Assembly: GCA_049840735.1 (NCBI GenBank) | Contig: JASGJN010000013.1 | Coordinates: 608,001-672,000 of the forward strand | Length of the DNA stretch: 64,000 nucleotides | Direction: 5' to 3' | DNA from: Anaeromyxobacter sp. | GTDB taxonomy: Bacteria; Myxococcota; Myxococcia; Myxococcales; Anaeromyxobacteraceae | Shown: positions 33,470 through 44,097 of the stretch, piece by piece | How positions within the stretch are numbered: the stretch's first letter is position 1 | Layout: each line of letters begins with the position of its first letter | Program-made: the position numbers and the translations under genes | Notes under the pieces: model-generated | Databases searched by the model: none | What the model saw: only the letters and a program-made list of their open reading frames with translations | What the model was told of the DNA's origin: nothing

Positions 33470-34379
33470 GCCGCGCGCCCCGCGCAGCGTCCACCGGCTG
33501 CGGTCGCGGCGCGCTCGCCGCGGCCAGCTGCGCCCACAGGCGCATCACCGCGTAGGCCCGCCACGGCCGCCAGCGCTCCGCGGCCGCCTCGGCCTGCGCC
33601 GGGCTGAGCCCGCCCAGCGCCTTGCGCACGCCCAGGTCGCCGGCCGGGAACGCGTCGGCGTGTCCCAGGCCGCGCATGGCCAGGTAGCTGGCCGTCCACG
33701 GCCCCACGCCGTCCAGCGCCAGCAGCGCCGTCGTCGCGGCCTCCGGCTCGGCCCGGGGCGCCAGCGCCACCGCCCCCGACGCCAGCGCCTGCGCCAGCCC
33801 CTGCAGCGTGCGCGCCCGGGCCGACGGCAGCCCCAGCGCGCGCAAGGCCTCCAGCGGCAGCGCGGCCACCTCGGCGGCCGTGGGCGGGACGTGCGTGAGC
33901 GCCGGGTGCGGCCCGGGCGCGGCCAGCGGCCGGCCGTGCGCCGCCACCAGCCGCCCCGCCAGCGTGGTGGCGGCGGCCACGCTCACCTGCTGCCCCAGCA
34001 CCGCCCGCGCCGCGCCCTCGAAGCCGTCGAAGAACCCGGGCACGCGCAGGCCGGGGCGGGCCGCCACCGCCGCGCGCAGCCGCGGGTCGCGGGCCAGGTG
34101 CGCGTCGATCAGGGCCGGGTCGGCGTCGAGGCCGAAGAGCCAGCGCACGCGGGCCGCCAGCGGCCGCGCCAGGTCGCGGAGCGCCGGGGCGAGGGCCAGG
34201 TGCACCCGCGCGCGGGCCGGGTCGGGCGTGGCGGTGAGCCAGCCCTCCCGCCCCTCCAGCCGCACCGTCCGGTGGTAGGCGCCCCCCTCCACGCGCTCCA
34301 CGCCAGGGATGGCCCGGGCCCCCAGGAAGCCCAGCAGGTGGTCCCAGTCGAGCGGCGGGCGGTAGTCGAGCCAGGGCAT
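33390..34379 (-). CDS. alkA: DNA-3-methyladenine glycosylase II (AlkA, no Ada domain)
   Basis: RAIPGVE, RAVLGQQVSV, GVGPWTASY, DAFPAGDLG, WRPWRAYA; tail overlaps the convergent gene. Confidence 0.9.
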   Translation of the reverse strand: MPWLDYRPPLDWDHLLGFLGARAIPGVERVEGGAYHRTVRLEGREGWLTATPDPARARVHLALAPALRDLARPLAARVRWLFGLDADPALIDAHLARDPRLRAAVAARPGLRVPGFFDGFEGAARAVLGQQVSVAAATTLAGRLVAAHGRPLAAPGPHPALTHVPPTAAEVAALPLEALRALGLPSARARTLQGLAQALASGAVALAPRAEPEAATTALLALDGVGPWTASYLAMRGLGHADAFPAGDLGVRKALGGLSPAQAEAAAERWRPWRAYAVMRLWAQLAAASAPRPQPVDAARGARLTPGSGAPARRSARASRPARGRRPPR

Positions 34380-34431
34380 CCTGGCCGGTGTAGCGCCGGC
34401 GGTGGGTCCTCGCTGCTACAATCCACCTCCC

Positions 34432-36639
34432 GTGCTCGTCGAGGTCGCCGTCGCCGCCGCCGTCCGCGGCACCTTCACCTACCGCGTGCCCACCGCGCTG
34501 GCGCCCGACGTGGTGCTGGGCCAGCGGGTGGCGGTGCCGTTCGGCAAGAGCCGGCGCGCCACCGGCTACGTGGTCGGGTTCCCCACCGCGCCGCCGGAGG
34601 GGTTCGAGCTGCGCGACGTGGTCGAGGTGCTGGATCGGGTGCCGCCCTTCACGCCCAGGCTGGTCGAGCTGATCCGCTGGGCCGAGGACTACTACCTGGT
34701 CCCGCCCGGCGAGCTGCTCCGCGCCGCCCTGCCGCCCGGCCTCAACTCGCGCAAGGGCGAGGCGGCGCCGGTGCGGCGCGAGGTCGAGTTCGCCGCCCCG
34801 GGGCCGGGCGCGGCCGAGGCGCTGCCCGGCCTCAGGCGCTCGCCGGCCCAGCGCGCCGTGCTGGACTACCTGGTGGCCCGCGGCCGCATCCCGGTGGAGG
34901 AGCTCAAGGCCGCCTTCCCGCGCGGCCGCGCGGCGCTGACCGCCCTCTCGAAGCGCGGGCTGGTGCTGCTCACCAGCGAGACGCCGGTGGCGCGCGGCGG
35001 GCTGCTGGCGGCCAGCGCGCCGCCCCCGGCCCTCACCCCCGCGCAGGCGGAGGCGCTGGCGCAGCTGGAGGCCGCGCTCGGCACCTTCCAACCCTACCTG
35101 CTCCACGGCGTGACCGGCTCGGGCAAGACCGAGGTCTACCTGCAGCTCATCGCGCGGGCCCGGGCCCGCGGGCGGGGCGCGCTGGTGCTGGTGCCGGAGA
35201 TCGCGCTCACCCCGCAGCTGGCCGGCCGCTTCCGCGCCCGCTTCGGCGACGACGTGGCGCTGCTCCACTCGGGCCTCTCCGAGGCCGAGCGCCACGCCGA
35301 GTGGCGCCGGCTGCGCTCGGGCGAGGCGCACATCTGCGTGGGGGTGCGGAGCGCCATCTTCGCGCCGGTGCAGGACCTGGCGGTGCTGGTGGTGGACGAG
35401 GAGCACGACGGCTCGTTCAAGCAGGACGACGGCCCCGCCTATCACGCCCGCGACCTGGCGGTGGTGCGCGCCCGCGGCGAGGAGGCGGTGCTGGTGCTGG
35501 GCTCGGCCACGCCGTCGCTGGAGACGCTGGAGAACGTCCGACGCGGCCGCTACCGGAGCCTCTCCCTGCCGACCCGCGTGGACGACCGGCCCATGCCGGC
35601 GGTGGAGCTGGTGGACCTGGTGAAGCTGCGCCGCCACGGCGTGGGCGAGCTGCCCGGCCTGCTCTCCCCGGCGCTGCTCTCGGCGGTGGAGGACACGCTG
35701 GCGGCCGGGCAGCAGGCCATCCTCTTCCTCAACCGGCGCGGCTACCAGACGCTGATCGTCTGCGAGGCCTGCGGGGCCGAGGCGCGCTGCACCGAGTGCG
35801 CCGTCTCGCTCACCCACCACGCCCGCCGCGGCGTGCTGCTCTGCCACTACTGCGGCCGGAGCGAGCCGGTCAGCGGCCGCTGCCCGGCCTGCAACGGCGT
35901 GCGCATGGGCGTGGGCGTCGGCACCGAGCAGGTGGAGGAGGCGGTGCGGCAGGCCTTCCCGCAGGCGCGGGTGGGGCGGCTCGACCGCGACGTGGTGACC
36001 ACCGCCGACGACACCGCGGCGGTGCTGGCCCGCTTCGCCAACCGCGAGCTGGACGTGCTGGTGGGCACGCAGATGGTGACCAAGGGGCACGACTTCCCGG
36101 GCGTCACGCTGGTGGGCGTGGTGCTGGCCGACACCGCGCTGGCCCTGCCCGACTTCCGCGCCGCGGAGCGGACCTTCCAGCTCCTGACGCAGGTGGCGGG
36201 CCGGGCCGGCCGCGGCGCCGAGGGCGGGCGGGTGCTGGTGCAGACCTTCAACCCGCGCTCGCCGGCCGTCTCCTGCGCCGCCCGCCACGACTTCCAGGCC
36301 TTCGCCGAGGGGGAGCTGGAGCGGCGCAAGGCGCTCGGCTACCCGCCGTTCGGGCGCATGATGGCGGCCCGCGTGGAGGGGCCGGAGGGCGGCGCCCGCC
36401 GGGCCGCCGAGGCGCTGGCGGCGGCGGCGCGCCCGACGCTGGGCAACGAGGTGGCCATGCTCGGGCCGGCCCCGGCGGCGCTCGAGCGGCTGCGCGGCCG
36501 CTGGCGCTGGCACCTGCTCTTCCGCGCCGACACGCCCCGCGCCCTCTTCCGCGTCCACGCCGCCCTGGCCCGGGTGGCCCAGCGCCCGCCCGGCGGCGCC
36601 AGCATCCGCTTCGACATGGACCCGTACGCCATGCTGTAG
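34432..36639 (+). CDS. priA: Primosomal protein N'
   Basis: GVTGSGKTEVY, VPEIALTPQ, DEEH, four CxxC pairs, KGHDFP, QVAGRAGR. Confidence 0.97.
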   Translation: MLVEVAVAAAVRGTFTYRVPTALAPDVVLGQRVAVPFGKSRRATGYVVGFPTAPPEGFELRDVVEVLDRVPPFTPRLVELIRWAEDYYLVPPGELLRAALPPGLNSRKGEAAPVRREVEFAAPGPGAAEALPGLRRSPAQRAVLDYLVARGRIPVEELKAAFPRGRAALTALSKRGLVLLTSETPVARGGLLAASAPPPALTPAQAEALAQLEAALGTFQPYLLHGVTGSGKTEVYLQLIARARARGRGALVLVPEIALTPQLAGRFRARFGDDVALLHSGLSEAERHAEWRRLRSGEAHICVGVRSAIFAPVQDLAVLVVDEEHDGSFKQDDGPAYHARDLAVVRARGEEAVLVLGSATPSLETLENVRRGRYRSLSLPTRVDDRPMPAVELVDLVKLRRHGVGELPGLLSPALLSAVEDTLAAGQQAILFLNRRGYQTLIVCEACGAEARCTECAVSLTHHARRGVLLCHYCGRSEPVSGRCPACNGVRMGVGVGTEQVEEAVRQAFPQARVGRLDRDVVTTADDTAAVLARFANRELDVLVGTQMVTKGHDFPGVTLVGVVLADTALALPDFRAAERTFQLLTQVAGRAGRGAEGGRVLVQTFNPRSPAVSCAARHDFQAFAEGELERRKALGYPPFGRMMAARVEGPEGGARRAAEALAAAARPTLGNEVAMLGPAPAALERLRGRWRWHLLFRADTPRALFRVHAALARVAQRPPGGASIRFDMDPYAML

Positions 36640-36835
36640 CCGCCGACGGTGGGGCGGGGGCCGGCGGAGGCGCTGCCCCGTGGTAAGTGCTGGTGGGTGC
36701 CGCGGCGCACGGCACGCCCGGGCGCGCGGCGCGCGCAGATACCGGGCGAAAGCGGCGGGATGACCGGGCATTTCCCGCGCCGAGGGGGACCCGTCCGCTT
36801 GGTCCTCCAGGCGGCGCGATCCATAATCGCGGCGC

Positions 36836-39800
36836 GTGGCTGGCATCCTCCTGGTGGACGACGACATCGCCGAGATCTCGGCCGTGAAGCGCGTGCTCGC
36901 GCGCGCCGGCCACGCGGCCACGCTCGCCACCAACGCGTCCGACGCCGCCCGCATGCTGGCGGAGGCCCGTCCCACCCTGCTGGTGGTCTCGGCCGCCTGC
37001 GACGGCGGCGAGGCGCTGGCGCTCGCGGCCCGCCTCGCCTCGGGAGGCGACGCGCCGCCCGTGCTGGTGCTGGGCGAGGCCGGCCCGCTGCCGCCCGGCG
37101 CCCGCAGCGTCCCGCGCCCGGTCGATCCGGAGCAGCTCCAGGCCGAGGTCCGCGCGCTGCTGGGCGGCGAGTGCGCGCTCGAGCTGGAGGGGCCGCCCCC
37201 GGCCGCGGCGCAGGCGCCCCGGCCCGCGCCCGCCCGGCCCGCCACCACGCCCGCGCCCGGCCGTCCGCCACCCGCGGCCCGCCCGCCGGCGCAGGGGCGC
37301 CCGGCGGCCAGGACGGTCCGCCCCGCCACCCTGGTCGCCCCCACGCCGCCGCCCCCGGCCCAGCCGCCCGAGGACGGCGCCGCCGCGCTGGCCGACGCCA
37401 TCCGCGCCGCCACCAACCGCCCGCCTCCCCAGCCCGCGGGCCGCGCCCGCCCCACCGCGCCGCCCCCGCCGGCCGCGCCCGCCGACGCCGCGCCGGCCTC
37501 CGCCCCCGGCCTCTCCCTCTCGCTGGAGGGCGACGACGACGCCCCCGCCCTCACGCCGCCCCCGGCCGCCCCGCCGTCGGAGGAGGCCGCCGCCGCCCGC
37601 CGCGCCGCCGCCGAGGCGCTGCGCGCCCGCGCCGCCGAGCTGCGCCGCAGCCTGGCCGCGCCGCCGCCGGAGGGAGCGCCGCCCGCACCCGCCGCCGCGC
37701 CCGACGAGCTGGCCGACCTGCCGCTCCTCACGCCCACCCCCATCGTCACGCCCGCGCCATTGGGCGGCCTGGCGCTGGAGGCGCTGGCCGCGCCCGCCCC
37801 CATCCTGACGCCGCCCCCGCCGGACGCCTTCGACGCGGTCCGCACGCCGCTCGAGGACGCGCGCCGCGCCGCCGCGGAGGAGGCGCTGCGGGCGCTGGAG
37901 GAGGAGGCCAGCGCCCACGCCGTCCAGGCCGCCCGCCGCGCCCGCGAGCAGCAGCGCCGGGCCTCGGCCGAGCGCGAGCAGCAGGAGGCCGCCGAGGCCC
38001 GGGCCCGCGAGGAGGCGCTGGAGGCCGCCCGGAGCGAGGCCGAGGCCCGCGGCCGGCGCGAGGCGGAGGAGGCCGCCCGCCGCGCCGAGGCGGAGCGCCG
38101 GCAGCGCGAGGAGGAGCGCCAGGCGCGCGAGGAGCGCGAGCGGGCCGAGCAGGAGGCCCACCGGGCCGCCGACCTGCGCGCGCGCGAGGAGGCCCTGGGC
38201 GCCGCGCGGCGCGAGGCCGAGGAGCGGGCGCGCCGCGAGGCGGAGGAGGCCCGCCGGGCCGAGGAGGCCGAGCAGAAGGCGGCCGCCGAGGCCGAGGCGC
38301 GCCGTCGCGCCGAGGAGGAGCTGGCCAGCCTGCGCGAGCAGCTGGAGCGCGAGCGGAAGAGCGCCGAGCAGCGCATCGCCACGGTGATGCAGCGGGCCCA
38401 GGCCGAGGAGGAGGCCGCCGAGGAGCTGCGGCGCATGGCCGAGGACGAGGCCCGCCAGCGCGCCGAGGAGGACGCCCGCGACCGCGAGCAGGAGGAGGAC
38501 AAGCTCCGCGCCGCCATCACCAGCGCCCGCGCCGAGATGGAGGCCCTGCGCCGCCGCGGCGAGGAGGAGGCCCGCCGGCGCGCCGAGGCCGAGGCGGCGC
38601 TGAAGCGCGTCACCGAGGGCGCGCGGCCGCCGCCCAGCCTGTTCGACGACGACGAGCAGACCGAGATCACCGCGCTCCCGGCGCCGCTCCCCGAGCCGGC
38701 CGCCCCGCCGCTCCCGCCCGCGCCGCCCCCGTCGCCCGCCGAGGAGGCCGCCCGGCGCCGCGTGGCCGCGCTGCGCGGCGCGCCGGCCGAGCCGCCGCAG
38801 CCGCAGGCCGCGCCCGCCTGGACCGCCCCGCCGGCGGTGGTGCCGGCGCCGCCCGCGCGCCAGGCCACCCCGGACCCCTGGGCCGCCGCCGCGGCCGCGC
38901 CGCCGCCGCCGGAGCCGCCCGCCCCGCCGCTCGCGCCCCCGGCGCCGGAGCTGCGCGAGGGGAGCCTGGACCAGCTCCCGGCCCCGCGCCTGCTGGCGCT
39001 GGCCGCCCGCCACCGGCTCGCCGGCCGGCTGGAGTTCCAGGGCGACGCGGCGCGCGCGCTCTGGTTCGAGGACGGGCGCGTGGTGGGCGCCTCCAGCGCC
39101 GATCCCTCCGAGCGGATCGAGGAGCTGGCGCTGCGGCTGGGATTGCTCACCCGCGACCAGCACCGGCAGATCGCCCAGGCCGCCGCCGCGCTCCCCACCC
39201 GCCGCGCCGCGCTGCTGCTGCTGGAGCGCGGCTTCCTCAAGCCCACCGAGCTGACCGGCCTGGTCCGCCGCCGGGCCGAGGAGGTGGCCTTCGGCGTCTT
39301 CGCCGACCCGGCCGCCCACTTCCGCTGGAGCGGCAGCGAGGTGCCGCCGGAGGAGCGGACCGCGCTGGAGCGGACCACCCTGGCGCTGGCGGTGGAGGGC
39401 GTCCGGCGCCGCTGGCTGGCGCCGCGCCTGGACGCGCTGCTGGGCGGGCCGGCCACGCTGCTCACGCCGGCGCACGGCGGCCCGCCGCTGCACGAGCTGG
39501 GGCTCTCGCCGGAGGAGCGGCGGGTGCTGGCCCTGGCTGACGGCCTGCGGGCGCTGGACGAGATCCTGGAGGCGAGCCCGCTCGACGCGCTCACCACGCG
39601 GCAGGTGCTGGCGGCGCTGGTGCTGGTGGGCGGGCTGACCGTCCGGCTGGTCCAGGCCGGCCGGCCGCAGGCGGCCGCCGCCTCCGCCATCGACCTGGCC
39701 CGGGTGCGCGAGAAGCTGGAGCAGGTGCGCCGGGCCGACTACTTCACCGTGCTGGGCGTGGGGCGGCTCTGCACGCCGCACGAGGTGCGCGAGTCGGCCG

Positions 39801-39970
39801 AGCGGCTGGGGGCCGAGTTCTCGCCCGTCCGCTTCGGCGAGGTGACGGAGGACGGGCTGGAGGCCAAGCTCGCGGAGATCCTGCAGGTGGTCCAGGACGC
39901 CCGGGAGGTGCTGGCCGACGACCGGCTGCGCCAGGAGTACCTGCGCGGGCTGGGGGATCAACCGGGCTGA
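36836..39970 (+). CDS. Pseudo-receiver / Pro-rich / E-R-rich helix / DUF4388 / J-like domain protein
   Basis: ILLVDDD receiver start; long EEAARR-type helix; GSL...LAGRLEF...[14 protein letters not shown]-terminal DYFTVLGV. Confidence 0.8.
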   Translation: MAGILLVDDDIAEISAVKRVLARAGHAATLATNASDAARMLAEARPTLLVVSAACDGGEALALAARLASGGDAPPVLVLGEAGPLPPGARSVPRPVDPEQLQAEVRALLGGECALELEGPPPAAAQAPRPAPARPATTPAPGRPPPAARPPAQGRPAARTVRPATLVAPTPPPPAQPPEDGAAALADAIRAATNRPPPQPAGRARPTAPPPPAAPADAAPASAPGLSLSLEGDDDAPALTPPPAAPPSEEAAAARRAAAEALRARAAELRRSLAAPPPEGAPPAPAAAPDELADLPLLTPTPIVTPAPLGGLALEALAAPAPILTPPPPDAFDAVRTPLEDARRAAAEEALRALEEEASAHAVQAARRAREQQRRASAEREQQEAAEARAREEALEAARSEAEARGRREAEEAARRAEAERRQREEERQAREERERAEQEAHRAADLRAREEALGAARREAEERARREAEEARRAEEAEQKAAAEAEARRRAEEELASLREQLERERKSAEQRIATVMQRAQAEEEAAEELRRMAEDEARQRAEEDARDREQEEDKLRAAITSARAEMEALRRRGEEEARRRAEAEAALKRVTEGARPPPSLFDDDEQTEITALPAPLPEPAAPPLPPAPPPSPAEEAARRRVAALRGAPAEPPQPQAAPAWTAPPAVVPAPPARQATPDPWAAAAAAPPPPEPPAPPLAPPAPELREGSLDQLPAPRLLALAARHRLAGRLEFQGDAARALWFEDGRVVGASSADPSERIEELALRLGLLTRDQHRQIAQAAAALPTRRAALLLLERGFLKPTELTGLVRRRAEEVAFGVFADPAAHFRWSGSEVPPEERTALERTTLALAVEGVRRRWLAPRLDALLGGPATLLTPAHGGPPLHELGLSPEERRVLALADGLRALDEILEASPLDALTTRQVLAALVLVGGLTVRLVQAGRPQAAAASAIDLARVREKLEQVRRADYFTVLGVGRLCTPHEVRESAERLGAEFSPVRFGEVTEDGLEAKLAEILQVVQDAREVLADDRLRQEYLRGLGDQPG

Positions 39971-40142
39971 GGGGGAGACGGCCCCCGGGCCCCGGCCGCC
40001 TGGCCGCGGGCGGGCGCCGCGGGGCCGTGAACACCTGCTGACCGGTCCGCACCGCGGCCATCTGTCCCCTCCCCAGGGCCGGCCGTGCGCGCGGCAGCCC
40101 CACCGGTTAGAATACCCACGGATTTTTCCAAGGGATGACGCA

Positions 40143-40701
40143 ATGGTTCGCGAGATCGTGATCTGGCCTGACCCCGTGCTGAAGGAGAACGCCGTCCCCG
40201 TCGAGCGGGTGGACGACGAGATCCGCACGCTCCTCGACGACATGGCCGAGACCATGTACGCCGCCGACGGCGTCGGCCTGGCCGCGCCGCAGGTCGCGGT
40301 GCTCAAGCGCTGCATCGTCATCGACACCTCGCCGCGGGAGGAGGGGCAGAAGCTCATCCACCTGGTGAACCCGGAGATCGTGAAGACCGAGGGCAAGACC
40401 CGGTACACCGAGGGCTGCCTGTCGAATCCCGGGCGAGGCCGAGGACGTCGAGCGGGCCGCCAAGGTCTGGGTGCGCGCGCTCGATCGCGACGGCAAGCCC
40501 TTCGAGCTCGAGGCGGAGGGGCTCCTGGCCATCGCCATCCAGCACGAGACCGACCACCTCAACGGCACGCTCTTCGTGGACCACCTCTCCAGCCTCAAGC
40601 GCGAGCTGATCAAGAAGCGCATGAAGCGGCTCAAGCAGGAGCGCGCGGCGGAGCAGGCGGCGGAGATCAAGGCCGCCGCCCGGCACGAGTCGGCGCTGTA
40701 G
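40143..40701 (+). CDS. def: Peptide deformylase (one apparent frameshift near 40425)
   Basis: [22 protein letters not shown] in two frames. Confidence 0.95.
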
Positions 40702-40832
40702 CGACTGCCACCCAGCCTCGCGAGCGGGCCCGCGTCCTGGTGGCGCGTGCCCTCCCCGCATTGGCCCCGGGGGGTTGCGCCGCGGCCCAGGCCCACCCAG
40801 GGTTCTCCCGGACCTTCACCGGGAGGCGAGGG

Positions 40833-42374
40833 ATGCGACGGAGCGTGGTGCTGGCGGTGGCGGCGGCTTGCGCCGCCTGCGGCGGGGCGGACGAGCAGGA
40901 GTCCATCGAGGGCCAGGGCGCGGGGCCGGTGCTCGCCAGCGTGGGCACGGCCCGCCACGTCGACGCCGCCGCCGGCAACGACGCGAACGCCGGCACCTCC
41001 GCCGCGCCCTGGAAGACCATCTCCAAGGCCGCCCGCACCGCGCAGCCCGGCGACGTGGTCAACATCCGGAGCGGCACCTACCGCGAGCGCGTGACGGTGA
41101 CCGTCTCCGGCACGGCCGGCGCCCCCATCACCTTCCAGCCCGCCGCCGGCGCCACCGTGGCCATCGTGGGCGACCCGGCCTTCGCCGGCAACCCGCTCCT
41201 CTACGTCAACGGCCAGCACGACCTGCGCTTCGTGGGGCTGCAGGTGCGCGACTACGCCACCACGCGGGTCACCTACGGCGTCCGCATCCAGGACTCCTCC
41301 AGCGTCGAGCTGGACGGCCTCAAGGTCTCCGGCATCAGCTCCGGCGCGGCCGGCATGGCGGCGCTGCCGGTGATCGTCTTCGGCACGAAGGCGGCCAGCC
41401 CCACCCGCAACATCGTGGTCCGGCGCAGCGAGATCGCGAGCAGCAACACCAACCCCGGGCAGGCGCTGACGGTGCTGGGCAACGTGGACGGCTTCCGGCT
41501 GGAGGGCAACTTCATCCACGACGTGAACGGGATCGGGATCGACGTGGCCGGGAACACCGGCGCCACCGTGCCGGCCTCGCCGCCCGCCGGCTACGTCTAC
41601 GACCCGGCCACCGATCGGGCCCGCAACGGCAGCGTGAACGGGAACACCGTGCTGCGCTGCGGGACCATCGGCATCTACCTGCAGGGCGCCTGGAACGACC
41701 TGGTGGAGCGGAACACCGTGCGGTCCTGCGGCGCCGCCGGCATCGAGATCGCCGCCGAGATCCGGGCCCGCACCCCCGGCCCCAGCGCCGCCACCACCTC
41801 GGCCTCCGGCAACACCGTGCGCGACAACGTCGTGTTCGACATCACCAACGCGGCCAACGCCGCCGCCGACGCCCCGGCCTTCGCGCTGGGGGCCTGGTCC
41901 TCGACCTACGGCCCGGTCCGCAGCTCCACCGTCACCAACAACCTCTTCCGCTCCTCGCGCGGGACGGTGATCGTGAACCCGCAGGTCTCCGGGCTGGTCT
42001 TCGAGAACAACCTGGTGGTCACCACCGCCACCGGGACCACCGGCAGCATCGGCATCGTCTCGGACCACACCGGCGTCACCAGCGCCAACCGCTTCGACCA
42101 CAACCTGTACTGGTGGGCCAGCCCGCCGCACTGGGACGTGGGCTCGGGCTACTACACCAGCCTGGCCGCGCTCCGCTCCGGCACCGGACGCGAGGCCCAC
42201 GGCCGCACCGGCGACCCGCTCTTCGTGAACGGGGCCGGGGGCGACTTCCACGTCCAGCCCGGCTCCCCGGCCGTCGGCGCCGGCGATGCGGCGGTGGTCT
42301 CGCCGGGCGAGCTGGACCGCGCCGGCGGGCCGCGGGTGGTGGGCGTGGTGGACATCGGCCCCTACGAGCGCTGA
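40833..42374 (+). CDS. Right-handed beta-helix lipoprotein (DUF1565-type start, choice-of-anchor Q-like end)
   Basis: AAC lipobox, GNDANAGTSAAPWKTI, PGDVVNIRSGTYRE, Asn-ladder repeats, SPAVGAG...VDIGPYE. Confidence 0.82.
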   Translation: MRRSVVLAVAAACAACGGADEQESIEGQGAGPVLASVGTARHVDAAAGNDANAGTSAAPWKTISKAARTAQPGDVVNIRSGTYRERVTVTVSGTAGAPITFQPAAGATVAIVGDPAFAGNPLLYVNGQHDLRFVGLQVRDYATTRVTYGVRIQDSSSVELDGLKVSGISSGAAGMAALPVIVFGTKAASPTRNIVVRRSEIASSNTNPGQALTVLGNVDGFRLEGNFIHDVNGIGIDVAGNTGATVPASPPAGYVYDPATDRARNGSVNGNTVLRCGTIGIYLQGAWNDLVERNTVRSCGAAGIEIAAEIRARTPGPSAATTSASGNTVRDNVVFDITNAANAAADAPAFALGAWSSTYGPVRSSTVTNNLFRSSRGTVIVNPQVSGLVFENNLVVTTATGTTGSIGIVSDHTGVTSANRFDHNLYWWASPPHWDVGSGYYTSLAALRSGTGREAHGRTGDPLFVNGAGGDFHVQPGSPAVGAGDAAVVSPGELDRAGGPRVVGVVDIGPYER

Positions 42375-42443
42375 CCCGCACACCCTCGGGCCGCTGCGGC
42401 CCGGCCGCAGGGCGTGCTAGCGTGACGGCGGGGGAACACCGCC

Positions 42444-43025
42444 TTGGACCGCGCCCGCACCCGCGCCAGCAACACCCTCGACTTCCTCGCCTTCATGGAC
42501 GAGGTGGTCCGGCCCGGCACGCGCGCCCACCTCAGGTCCGCCCTGCCACCGGAGGTGGTGAAGGGGCTCCTGGACTGCCTCCCCACCGACTGGCAGGACG
42601 TGGAGACGGTGCACGGGCCCTACGTCACCGAGCTGGTGCGCTGGCTCGGGCCCGAGGCGGCCGCGGGCGCCTGGAAGCGCTACTCGATGGAGCGGCTGGA
42701 GTCGCGCCCTGCCTACCGCGCGCTGGTGCAGGGCGCGGTGCGCCTCTTCGGCCTCTCCCTCGGCTCATTCGTCCACCTCATGCCGCGCATCTTCCTGCAG
42801 GGCTTCCGCGACTGCTTCGAGGAGGCCCGCCCGATCCAGGTGGACGCCCGCCACGCCATCCTGGACCTCCGGCTGGCGCCTGCCGTGGCCCGCTACCCGG
42901 CCTACGCGACGCTCTTCCACGGGCTCCTGCAGGCGCTGCCGGAGATGGCGCAGGCGAAGGGCGCGACGCTGGACTGGCACGCCGACCTGCCGGCCCGCCG
43001 CCTGCGCGCCACCTTCCGCTGGTGA
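42444..43025 (+). CDS. Hypothetical protein resembling myxobacterial DUF2378/V4R-like proteins
   Basis: Host-like codon use; LPTDW, RLFGLS, terminal FRW pattern; family assignment tentative. Confidence 0.55.
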   Translation: MDRARTRASNTLDFLAFMDEVVRPGTRAHLRSALPPEVVKGLLDCLPTDWQDVETVHGPYVTELVRWLGPEAAAGAWKRYSMERLESRPAYRALVQGAVRLFGLSLGSFVHLMPRIFLQGFRDCFEEARPIQVDARHAILDLRLAPAVARYPAYATLFHGLLQALPEMAQAKGATLDWHADLPARRLRATFRW

Positions 43026-43037
43026 TCCCGCCGGGCC

Positions 43038-43925
43038 TCAGGCCCCATGGGCCGGCGCGAAGACCTGCCTCGCCCAGGTCTCGACCGAGGTCGGCGTGGT
43101 GGTCCTGGCCGAGCGCGGCTGGAGCGAGCGGCAGATGCCCTCGTTGAAGCCGCGCGCCATGTCCACGTAGGCCTTGGCCAGCTCCGGCGGCAGGCCGGCG
43201 CCGATCATCCCCTGCTCCGCGTCTGGGTACGGGAAGGCCACGTAGGGCAGCGCCGGCTTGCCGATGGCCGCGCCCAGCGCGGCGGTGGCCTGGGCCATGG
43301 TGAGGTCGCGCTCGCCCTGCACCTCCTGCACCTCGGTGCCCTGCCAGTCCAGCGCCAGCAGCCGGCGCGCGCCCACCTCGCCGATGTCGGCGGCGGCGAC
43401 CATCTTCATGGGCAGGTCGGCGTGGATGGCGCTGCCGTTCAGCCCCATGCCCTTGATCATCCCCAGCGAGCCAAGGAAGTTCTCGAGGAAGTAGCCGGCG
43501 CGCAGGTGGAGCGCGCTCAGCCCCGGGATCCTCGCCAGCCGCTGCTCCAGGGCGTGCAGCCCGCCGATGGGGCCGTTGCCGGAGGGCTGATCCGCGCCGA
43601 TGGAGGAGAGCGTGACCACGCGCGGAACGCGGCCCTGCTCCACCGCCTGGCCCAGCGCGGCGATGACCTGGTCCTGGAACGGGCGGAGGCTGGGCGGCGG
43701 GATGAGCAGGAAGGCCGCGATCGCGCCCTGCAGCGCCCGCGTGGCGAAGGCCGCGTCGGTCACCTCGCCCGCGGCCACCTCCGCGCCGCGCGCCTGCAGC
43801 GCGGCCAGCTTCCCCGCGCTGCGCGCCACCACCCGGACCTTCTTGCCGGCCGACAGCAGCCGGTCGGCGATCACCCCGCCCACGTGCCCGGTGGCCCCGA
43901 ACACCACGTACGTCCCGTCGGCCAT
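43038..43925 (-). CDS. NmrA family NAD(P)-binding protein
   Basis: VFGATGHVGG, LSSIGA, LRAGYFLEN; GGAG RBS before ATG 43925. Confidence 0.9.
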   Translation of the reverse strand: MADGTYVVFGATGHVGGVIADRLLSAGKKVRVVARSAGKLAALQARGAEVAAGEVTDAAFATRALQGAIAAFLLIPPPSLRPFQDQVIAALGQAVEQGRVPRVVTLSSIGADQPSGNGPIGGLHALEQRLARIPGLSALHLRAGYFLENFLGSLGMIKGMGLNGSAIHADLPMKMVAAADIGEVGARRLLALDWQGTEVQEVQGERDLTMAQATAALGAAIGKPALPYVAFPYPDAEQGMIGAGLPPELAKAYVDMARGFNEGICRSLQPRSARTTTPTSVETWARQVFAPAHGA

Positions 43926-43941
43926 ATCTGTGTTCTCCATG

Positions 43942-43961
43942 GTTACAGTTAACGCCGTAAC
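43942..43961. promoter_or_regulatory. Candidate operator GTTAC-N10-GTAAC upstream of the NmrA gene
   Basis: AT-rich inverted repeat in a very GC-rich background, 16 nt upstream of the start codon. Confidence 0.45.
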
Positions 43962-44097
43962 ATCTGGCGCCGCGAGCACGGCGGCGCACTGCCCAGATGG
44001 GTCTCAGGCTGCGGTGCCTCTCTCGCTCATGGGAAGTGCCGCGAGGCAGTCCAGGTGGGCTCGCGCAGAGGTCACTGGCACCGGAGGATGTCTGTCC

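Noticed and set aside
33067..39690. 2207-aa minus-strand ORF and many other long alternative-frame ORFs (e.g. 17579-20767, 36248-40408, 42778-45969)
   Set aside because: Antisense or shifted shadows of real genes in very GC-rich DNA; R/A/G/P-rich with no motifs
40143..42374. Apparent peptide deformylase/beta-helix fusion (743 aa)
   Set aside because: Created by the 1-nt insertion near 40425; def ends at 40701 and the second gene has its own RBS and signal peptide
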